DNA of 64,000 nt from Eledone cirrhosa. Its lineage: Eukaryota. Under the pieces are notes generated by a model that did not search any database, was not told the DNA's origin, and saw nothing but the letters and a program-made list of their open reading frames with translations. The stretch lies in contig OZ024746.1 of assembly GCA_964016885.1 (NCBI GenBank), forward strand, positions 15,066,001-15,130,000, given 5' to 3'. Made by a program: the position numbers and the translations under genes. How positions within the stretch are numbered: the stretch's first letter is position 1; each line of letters opens with the position of its first letter. Positions 55,001 to 64,000 of the stretch are shown piece by piece.

Positions 55001-57796
55001 CCAACTAAGGTAAATATATTCTTCACACCATGAGCCTACAAGATAAAAATTAACAATTATCTTTGATTAATTAATGATATACAAAGCAAGATGAGTTACA
55101 AGAAAATTTTCTATGATGTGTTTTTAAATAACATCATCCCTATCATTATTTTATGATTTTTATGTCCATTTTTCTATGCTGGCATGAGTTGGACAGGTGG
55201 CTACAGATCAAGCCAGTATTTTATTGGAACTACTGTCCACCTAGTTCCATACATTCCATTTTAAGCATGGTTTCTATAACTCTTCCTAACACACCAACTA
55301 CTTTACAGGGTGTATTGGGTGAATTTAATCATGGACTCAGCACTAGAGAAGTAGTCATATTCTAGACATGATTAGGAGCAATTCCTTAATTCTTTTGTTA
55401 CTTTATTAAAAGATCTCAGGTAGACTGGTATTAAAAGTTCCCAGGTGGGCTAGTATTAAAAGGTTTAAACTATAAATGTTTTAGTGACTCACCTTTAGAG
55501 TTTCTGCCACTAAATCTCCTCCATTCTTTTTTATTTTCATATCAACCTGCAATATAAAAACATAGTGTGAAGAAAACTAAGTTCAAAGTAAAACAGCTTC
55601 TCTCTCTTTTTGGTGACTAACTCTATATTTTCTGTAGAGCCAGATCTAGCATAGAGCCTGATCTAGTGTAGAGCCTGATCTAGTGTAGAGCTAGATCTAG
55701 TGTAGAGCCTGATCTAGTGTAGAGCTATATCTAGTGTAGAGCCTGATCTAGTGTAGAGCTATATCTAGTGTAGAGCTATATCTAGTGTAGAGCTAGATCT
55801 AGTGTAGAGCTATATCTTGTGTAGAGCTAGATCTAGTGTAGAGCTAGATCTAGTGTAGAGCCTGATCTAGTGTAGAGCCTGATCTAGTGTAGAGCTAGAT
55901 CTAGTGTAGAGCCTGATCTAGTGTAGAGCTAGATCTAGTGTAGAGCTAGATCTAGTGTAGAGCCTGATCTAGTGTAGAGCTATATCTAGTGTAGAGCTAG
56001 ATCTAGTGTAGAGCTAGATCTAGTGTAGAGCTAGATCTAGTGTAGAGCCTGATCTAGTGTAGAGCCTGATCTAGTGTAGAGCTAGATCTAGTGTAGAGCT
56101 AGATCTAGTGTAGAGCCTGATCTAGTGTAGAGCCTGATCTAGTGTAGAGCTAGATCTAGTGTAGAGCCTGATCTAGTGTAGAGCTAGATCTAGTGTAGAG
56201 CCTGATCTAGTGTAGAGCTAGATCTAGTGTAGAACCTGATCTAGTGTAGAGCTAGATCTAGTGTAGAGCCTGATCTAGTGTAGAGCCTGATCTAGTGTAG
56301 AGCCTGATCTAGTGTAGAGCCTGATCTAGTGTAGAGCTAGATCTAGTGTAGAGCCTGATCTAGTGTAGAGCCTGATCTAGTGTAGAGCTAGATCTAGTGT
56401 AGAGCCTGATCTAGTGTAGAACCTGATCTAGTGTAGAGTTAGATCTAGTGTAGAGCCTGATCTAGTGTAGAGCCTGATCTAGTGTAGAACCTGATCTAGT
56501 GTAGAGCCTGATCTAGTGTAGAGCCTGATCTAGTGTAGAGTTAGATCTAGTGTAGAGCCTGATCTAGTGTAGAGCCTGATCTAGTGTAGAGCCTGATCTA
56601 GTGTAGAGCTAGATCTAGTGTAGAGCCTGATCTAGTGTAGAGCCTGATCTAGTGTAGAGCCTGATCTAGTGTAGAGTTAGATCTAGTGTAGAGCCTGATC
56701 TAGTGTAGAGCCTGATCTAGTGTAGAGCTAGATCTAGTGTAGAACCTGATCTAGTGTAGAGTTAGATCTAGATCTAGTGTAGAGCCAGATCTAGCATAGA
56801 GCCTGATCTAGTGTAGAGCTAGATCTAGTGTAGAGCGTGATCTAGTGTAGAGCTAGATCTAGTGTAGAGCTAGATCTAGTGTAGAGCTAGATCTAGTGTA
56901 GCGTTAGATCAACTGAAAATCTGATTTTTTGGCTTTATTACAGGGTGGTGAATTGGCAGTAGAATCGGTAGAGCATCGAGCAACATGCTTTGCAGCATGA
57001 AGTTATGGCTCTTTAAGTTCTGAGTTCAAACCCCACCAAGGTTAGCTTTACTTTCATCCTTATGGGGTTGATAAAATAAAGTACCAGTAATGTACTGGGG
57101 TCAACTTAATCGAATTTCCCCCATTCCCTTCAAATTGCTGGCCTTGTGCCTAAAGTAGAAACAATTATTCAGGGGAGCACATATGACTTTTGCTGCTCTT
57201 CCCATGTTTTAATGGTTCTTTCTACATTATCATTCAACCACCATGCCACCTGCTGTCGTGTTGGGACCTTGCTCCAGCTGCAAACCTAGCTCATAGTACC
57301 CAGCAGTGTTGTCATGTAGAAATTCCAAATTTGTTCTCCCCAACTCATCTTCCTTACTGATGTAGGCATCAAATAGGATTTTTCTCCCTATATTTATATA
57401 TACAATGAAGAATGGTTTTCCAAAGGAGATCGAAATCCTCCCCAACCCTACCAGTTAAATAAGGTATTATTATATAAGTATAGAGTTACCTCCCTGTATG
57501 ATCTGAGTTCAAATCCCGCCGAGGTTAACTTTGCCTTTCGCCCTTATGGGCTCGATAAAATAAAGTACCAGTAATGCACTGGGTTATTGCTGGCCTTGTG
57601 CCAAAAGTAGAAACAATTATATATTAGTAGAGAACAAGTATATTTATTTTATATAGAAATTATTTCTAAAGGACTAAAGTTGTTTTCACTCGTATAATTA
57701 TTTTATAATAATGAAACAATCCTAGCCTGGTAAAAGTCATTTCTTTATTTGAGAGAGAGAGAGAGGGAGAGAGGGGGAGAGAGAGAGAGAGGGAGA

Positions 57797-57833
<37 letters not shown>

Positions 57834-59462
57834 GAAACAAAGGCTATTAAATGTTATTTCTGAGTACAATTGCACCGAAAGAAGGTTGTTATCATAAAAT
57901 AGGTTGTAATAGGTATCACAAGTTGTAATATAATGAGCAAATCAATAAGGAGAAATCTGATAGATAAAACTGAAACCTGAAACTGTAGTCAAACTAAATC
58001 TATGAAATATAGTTGCTGACACCTGAATCTAATATTGGAAACATAAAGCTAATTAATGGAGCAATTGACTGAAATGAAAATGAAATAGCCAGTGTTAGAA
58101 ACAATTAGAAGTAGTTTGGGATGTTTGTTAGCTTTGTAACAAAGGGTTACATAAAACAAAGAGTAGTTCCCTATATAGTCACTTGACCTGTGTTAGAAAT
58201 AGCAGCTAAATCACCATCAAATCTTAAAAGTAGGAAGGACACATTGGATAATGTAGTCCTAGATATACTATGTCTGAATAAAAGACGGAATTGCTTTTGA
58301 TCGTATATCTACTTAAGCAGGTCTAGGGTGGATTGTAAAAGAAAGCTGTATCATACCTGTGTAGTATGGGAATGAGACATAAGTATTAAATGTAGAAGTG
58401 TGATAAGAAAAGATCCAAATACGATTTATGGGATCATATGTGCAAGATGGTTGGATAACAGCCATGAGCTCGGCTGGGCTCTTTTGGAGATCCAACCAGA
58501 TTAATTGGTGAGGTTTGCTTCTGACGGGACCCGCTGGAAGAAGTGTTTGAAGACTCTTCCCCCATGACCCTCCGAAGAATAAGTGGGACAGGAAGAAGAA
58601 ATGTGGATTTAAGGTAGTGAATGGGAAGAGTTGTTAGAACGTTGAATAGAATGTTTTGTGGTATTTGCTCTCTGATCTCTGAGTTCAAATCCCACCGAGG
58701 GTAACTTTGCCTTTCATGCTTTTGAGGTCGATAAAAAAAGTACCTCTCAAGTACTGGGGTCGAGTCTCTTACTATATCTCTTTCGCATTTTCCTCTGGAA
58801 GTAATCAACAGTGTTCAAACCTGAAGAGGGGATGGGCTCTGCCAGGTTTTATATAAATTTCTAAGAAAGTCCCTACAGCTCCCCTACGATAATATCAAGA
58901 GTTATCACTCCATACATATACATGTGAATTTGTAATTATAACTGAAAATAGTTGATATTTAATTATTATGAACTTTATTAGTAAAAATAATTTAGGAGCC
59001 TTAAAAAAATTGAGTTTGTCAAAAGTGATCTTCTTTATCAAGTTTGATCAAACAATCCTTTATAATCCTGTTCACTTCTAAGATTTATAGGAATCAGCAC
59101 CGTCGTCATATATATCATACGATATATATATATATATATACACACATATATACATATCATACGATATATCGTATATATATATATATATATATACACATAT
59201 ATATCATACGATATATATACACATATATATATATATATATACACATATATACATATCATACGATATATCGTATATATATATATATATATACACACATATA
59301 TATATATCATACGATATATATATATACACACACACACATATATACATATCATACGATATATCGTATATATATATATATATATATATATATACAAACACAC
59401 ATATATATATATATCATACGATATATATATATATATATACACGCACACATATATATATCATA

Positions 59463-59494
<32 letters not shown>

Positions 59495-59650
59495 ACACAC
59501 ATATATATATATATATCATACGATATATATATATATATACACGCACACATATATATATATCATACGATATATATATATACACACACACACATATATATAT
59601 ATCATACGATATATATATATATATATACACACATATATATATATATCATA

Positions 59651-59724
<74 letters not shown>

Positions 59725-60457
59725 CATACGATATATATATATTTATATATATATATATGCCGGATTTCGGCATCCGGTGGCTGATCTATATATATAATAT
59801 ATAAGATCAAAAGATGGTTAAAAGAGTTCCGTGTATTTTATTATGCGCATTTCAAAAACAAATATCATCATGAGATGACATTTGCGTTTTCGTCAGATAA
59901 AATAGGGAGACATGATATGAAGGTTAAAAAACACTTGTGAATAGTGCAGTTTTAAATCAACATATTGATTTAAAACAACATTTGATCTTATATATTATTT
60001 ATACTCCAGTCCTACAAACTGTAGAGTGCTACTTATCCGATATCTGCATTGCTTTAGTGTAATACAATAAAACTCACCTCCTACATTATATATATATATA
60101 TGGGAGGTGTAAGATCGTGTATGTATGTTAGACTATCTCTCTACAGATAGCCTAACATACATACACGACCTTACACCTCCCATTTTATTATTTTACGACG
60201 AAATATGGAGGCCAGATTTATTAAAAACACACAAAAAAAAAAACAACATAGGAAAAACAACAATTTCCCATCGAACGGTTGAGGGTTTTTTTTTGTAAAT
60301 TTACCGAAACAAAATTGAAAAAAAAAATCAAACATGAGTGTACCTTATGTCTCCATTGATAAAGTAAACCGAGCTTCTTTAAGCCGAAGAGAGAGCTAAG
60401 TGCAAGAGTAGACAGTCCCAATGTTAATAAATGGCAAGCATCTATATAATCATTCAT
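39860..60457 (-). CDS. ILVBL: Acetolactate synthase-like protein / 2-hydroxyacyl-CoA lyase 2 (ThDP-dependent), 16 exons, ~625 aa
   Basis: Exons (minus): 60457-60344, 55546-55493, 55035-54931, 53584-53506, 52246-52155, 51066-50928, 50443-50332, 49134-49034, 47449-47340, 47132-47009, 45955-45861, 45441-45287, 44235-44098, 42803-42629, 41597-41499, 40045-39860. Total 1878 nt in frame. N-terminal hydrophobic anchor, [31 protein letters not shown], ThDP motif GDGS...GND, C-terminus NFREGSISV. Confidence 0.94.
40300..41252. repeat. 39-bp minisatellite in last ILVBL intron
   Basis: (ACTAATTAGTGTTACAGTCCACCTGTACCTTAGATCAAT)n, about 24 units. Confidence 0.96.
41614..41990. repeat. ~45-bp minisatellite derived from a TTAA-MITE terminus
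   Basis: Unit TTAACACTTTCATTACCATATTTCTAATAAAGACACTGCCTATG matches the reverse complement of 33510-33550. Confidence 0.85.
42918..43236. repeat. (GTA/GTG)n trinucleotide tract
   Basis: Low-complexity intronic microsatellite. Confidence 0.95.
46608..46903. repeat. 21-bp minisatellite (CATGTGACAAACCATTTAACC)n
   Basis: About 14 units. Confidence 0.95.
52408..52596 (-). mobile_element. tRNA-SINE with 16-bp TSD
   Basis: TGAAGATAACTATAAT at 52408-52423 and 52581-52596. Confidence 0.87.
53271..53488 (-). mobile_element. tRNA-SINE with 16-bp TSD, about 17 nt from the ILVBL exon 4 donor
   Basis: GAGAAAACATGATAAT at 53271-53286 and 53473-53488. Confidence 0.88.
55633..56910. repeat. 17-bp minisatellite (TCTAGTGTAGAGCCTGA / ..CTAGA)n
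   Basis: About 75 units with interspersed variant types. Confidence 0.97.
59108..59758. repeat. Compound (TA)n/(CA)n satellite punctuated by ATCATACGAT
   Basis: Constant decamer with variable dinucleotide spacers. Confidence 0.92.
60100..60183 (-). other. 84-nt fold-back hairpin (39-bp stem, 6-nt loop) in ILVBL intron 1
   Basis: Arms 60100-60138 and 60145-60183; two mismatches, both G-U on the minus strand. Confidence 0.9.
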
Positions 60458-60889
60458 CTTGTAATTAGACGAACACCTTTGATTAGAAGTAGCCACTTAC
60501 TATCTGTGTCGTGTCCCAGATCGAAGTAAACGTGGTAAATGATTATATTATCAGTTGATTTAAGTAAACATTGACATTTGTTTAATTATAAATAATCGTT
60601 AACCGGTGCAAGCGGTGTTGTGTTAACCCTGATATATAAATATACTGTGGATTTTATGTCAAAGTTCAAATGATAAGAACATATCTTGTGTGTATGTAAG
60701 TGTGTGCGCGTGCGTATGTATGTATGTATGTATGTATGTATGCATACTGGTATGTCTGTATGTCTGGAATTTAATCTCTAGTTCTGCCACAATTTCAGCA
60801 ATGAGGACTCAATCATCAGCATATAAGATGAGGACTCAATAAACAACATATAAGATGAGGACTCAATCAACAGCATATAAGAGTTCCCA

Positions 60890-61660
60890 CTGGCAGCTGA
60901 TTATAAATTTCTCTGTTATGGTCTGAAAGACAATAATAAATAGGACAAGGCTAAGTCAGAGCCCTTGTGGACCCCTACCTGCACATTAAATTCGTCACTA
61001 TATTCATTGTTGACTCTAACCTTACTGACTGCACCTCTATACATGGCTTGTACCACCCTTACCAATCATTCCCCTACCCCTAGTTTCCTAAGAACCTATC
61101 AGATTATGGGGCAGGGAAACCTGTCAAAAGCTTTTTCCAAATCAACAAATACTAGGTAGAGGGGCTTACTCTTAGCTAGGTACTTCTCCTGCATCTTCCT
61201 AAGGAAGAGGGCATCTGTGGTACCTTTACCCAGCATATGTTAACTCTATCCCAAATTAGTTGTGCAATAATTCTCAGTAACTTTCATGACCTAGTTCATC
61301 AACTTGATGGCTCTATAGTTTCCTCTGTTTAGGGAATCTCCTTTGCCTTTGTAGCAGTTGACAATGATGGTATGACATCAATACTTGATTTATTATGCAT
61401 GTAGTTAGTGAGTGCCTCACCCAACCAGATGTTTTCAGCATTTCTGCTACAATCTCTGATGGACCTGCTGCATTGCCCTTCTTCATATCCTTAATTACCT
61501 TATTTACTACGCTTCTGCTGACTTGTACAGATGATCCTTTTGTTGGATCTGCATGAGGCAGGCTATCTTCCTCCCATGCATTCTCCTCATTTAACAGTCT
61601 CTCATAATGGTACTTCCATGCTTCTTTCCTCTCAGCATTAACGAAAGTAAGTCTGCGACT
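60890..61660 (-). mobile_element. RTE-clade LINE RT fragment between DHCR7 and ILVBL
   Basis: Minus-strand remnants YKGKGD..NRGNYRAIKL, GKGTTDALFL, LVFVDLEKAFDR, VGVHKGS. Confidence 0.8.
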
Positions 61661-62088
61661 GTCATAAAAATATCATCATCATCATCATCATCATCGTTTA
61701 ACGTCTATCTTCCATGCTAACATGGGTTAGTCGGGTTTGTCCAATTTAGAGGCAAGTTGGGTTGGGTGACCGTGTCTCACTCATATAGGACTGTTTCTGG
61801 TTGGTTTTCTATGGTTGAACACCCTTCCTAACACCATCCACATTTACAGTGTGTGCTGGGTGCTGAGTACTGGGTGCTGGGTGCTGGGTGCTTATATATA
61901 TATATTTAAAAGAGTCAAAGTCAGTGTTGCAGGATTTGTACAAACTTTATTTGCATATTACAATTGTTTCAATGTTGATGAGCTCAGGGTATAATGAAGG
62001 TGATGGGGTCCAACTCTTTTTCGACATCTCATCAGATATATGAGCTTATATGTGCAAAGGCACATCTAAACTGTTACACACTTAACTA

Positions 62089-62139
<51 letters not shown>

Positions 62140-62711
62140 AAGAGAGAGAGAAAGTGTATGTCCTATAATTATATGTTTCTACATATACATACATACTGTT
62201 ATCTCTCATTTTCTCTTCCCCAACAAATATTTCATCATATTATAATGATGTATTATTTATGAGAAAGTGGTGGACGAGACACTGCATCCTTTAAGCCCTC
62301 CATGCTCCCCGAGATCCGCCAACACTTCAGCTAACACATACACAGATGTACTTCCCTGACATTTGTATATTATTCTATGTACTATACATACACCTTTGAC
62401 GAGTTGTAGTGCACCTGAGCACTTTACACAATAATTTCATTATTATGTGTATATCATGACTCATGCACTGTTCATTTTCCTGATGTTTGTACATTACCCT
62501 ATGTACTATACATACACTTTTTGAGGAGTTGTAGTGCACCTGAGCACTGTACACACTATTTCATTATTATTATTAGAATGCTGGATAGAATTCTGACTTT
62601 CTGCATTCTGTGTTCAAATCCAAACAAGGTCAACTTTGCCTTTCATTCTTTTGAGATTGATAAATAAAGTACCAGTTTAATACTTGGGTTGAGTCTTTCT
62701 CTATATCTCTC

Positions 62712-62744
<33 letters not shown>

Positions 62745-63067
62745 TCTCTGGAAGAAATTGGATATGTTTCAACCTAGAGAGGGATGCCCTAGACATGACA
62801 TATGTAATGATGGTGTCTCTAGGACTCCAGCAAGAGTTAAGGGTTCATGGCATGAAATTATTTCTGAAATTTAATAAGTAGTGCATGCACTATCTCAAAG
62901 AAAATAATGATTTATTACATTATTTTGGTTTCATTTGCAATCAATTTGAAATCATAAATTTCTGGAAGCCAACTTAATATATGGATTAAATAAAGTGACA
63001 CATGAATTAAATGATTAAAAAAAATGTTTAATAATCTTTTCAGGACAAAATAAATGATTTGGCTAGT

Positions 63068-64000
63068 TTAAAACAGATATGGAATAATGCGGTGGGGTAC
63101 TTTGCGACAGTATTCGTTCCAGAACTGTCCATATTTTTTTCCACATTTATCATCATCCCGAAAACTTCTGTGTGTAAGTAAAATTAGTAAATGTATGACA
63201 TAAAAAAATGGCATTATACCTGAGAAACATGCAGGAATTGTCCAGAAGAATGCCAATAGAATTTCTGGAATGTAATGGAAATGTCGAGACCAACCCCACC
63301 AGCCTGAAACAAGTAAAATACTTTCTTTTTTTTCTCCTGACTCTAATGTGTAAGTTGCCCGAATGATAACTGGTTTCTTGCCCCATACTAAACATTTTCC
63401 ATTAGTAGCTCGGACTTTTTGTTTTTGCATGTCAGCCAAGTAATTTACTAGAAGTGCTGTCGTTCCTGCTAAAAAAAGGGAAATAGATGCTAATGGTCCT
63501 AGATGTATTGGGTTGTTGACTAAATACAAACTAACGGATGTATAGAAACCTGGTATGAAGACAAGACAGCCCCAGCAGATATAATACCCAGCTCTGTCTA
63601 ACATGATATCAATTGTGCGAAGATATCCAGCTTCCCACCAAAAAAATTTTGTAATGTATAAAAGCTGAAGTAAGGTAGATACCATATTACTATCAACCCA
63701 ACCATAAAGCTGGTAATTCTTGATTGAAAATATTAAAACTAGAAGGGCCCAAGACATCATTCCGAATCGACAATTGGTGAACACCTTAATATCAATACTA
63801 CAAATTCTTGGATAGAGTTCGGTGCCCCAGTAATAATCAAAAAGCACATTTCCTGAACTACCACAATCAGAGGAGGATGGTATTACCAGTCCTTTGATGT
63901 ATAATATCAGACAAAAGACAAAACTTAGTAGATTCAATGTACCTAAGATGTCACCAAACCGGTCGTAGATTATAGATACAGAAAGCCCATGCTTGTTGAG
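63068..64000 (-). CDS. DHCR7: 7-dehydrocholesterol (sterol Delta7) reductase, ERG4/ERG24 family, DWF5-like; 5'-truncated by window edge
   Basis: Open frame from 64000 to TAA at 63068 (311 codons, no intron). Motifs GNVLFDYYWGTELYPR, DIKVFTNCRFGMMSW, LLVSGWWGWSRHFHYIPE, RDDDKCGKKYGQFWNEYCRKVPHRIIPYLF. Confidence 0.92.
   Translation of the reverse strand, partial: LNKHGLSVSIIYDRFGDILGTLNLLSFVFCLILYIKGLVIPSSSDCGSSGNVLFDYYWGTELYPRICSIDIKVFTNCRFGMMSWALLVLIFSIKNYQLYGWVDSNMVSTLLQLLYITKFFWWEAGYLRTIDIMLDRAGYYICWGCLVFIPGFYTSVSLYLVNNPIHLGPLASISLFLAGTTALLVNYLADMQKQKVRATNGKCLVWGKKPVIIRATYTLESGEKKESILLVSGWWGWSRHFHYIPEILLAFFWTIPACFSGIMPFFYVIHLLILLTHRSFRDDDKCGKKYGQFWNEYCRKVPHRIIPYLF

Noticed and set aside
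57230-57445. 71-aa ORF with protein-like composition in ILVBL intron 1
   Set aside because: No recognisable domain or convincing splice sites; probably a decayed transposon fragment.
6775-60457. Non-canonical or U12 introns, stop-codon recoding
   Set aside because: All reconstructed junctions are GT-AG and both genes close in frame with no internal stops.
39860-60457. Bacterial acetolactate synthase acquired by HGT
   Set aside because: It has 15 spliceosomal introns and is colinear with animal ILVBL, including the N-terminal membrane anchor.

Overview
AT-rich, repeat-dense animal genomic DNA. The SINE and microsatellite landscape suggests a coleoid cephalopod, probably Octopus (inference from remembered repeat families). 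I reconstructed four spliced or partial genes by hand, with GT-AG junctions and reading frames checked: (1) the last three coding exons of a Tec/Btk-family tyrosine kinase (+, 1036-3938); (2) a complete 17-exon catalytically active myotubularin, MTMR2-like (-, 36637-6775, ~686 aa); (3) a complete 16-exon ILVBL/HACL2 thiamine-diphosphate enzyme (-, 60457-39860, ~625 aa); (4) the 3' 311 codons of a sterol Delta7-reductase (-, >64000-63068) with no intron in this stretch and plant DWF5-type motifs rather than vertebrate DHCR7 motifs. Introns hold tRNA-derived SINEs (several young, with TSDs), RTE/CR1/Penelope/ingi-like LINE fragments, a mariner relic, TTAA-flanked piggyBac-type MITEs and many intron-specific minisatellites. 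The most notable oddities are the DWF5-type reductase, three near-perfect fold-back hairpins, a frame-preserving SINE-split copy of the MTMR2 terminal exon, a candidate alternative first exon of MTMR2, and a duplicated acceptor creating a possible micro-exon in ILVBL. I found no clearly new multi-gene system.
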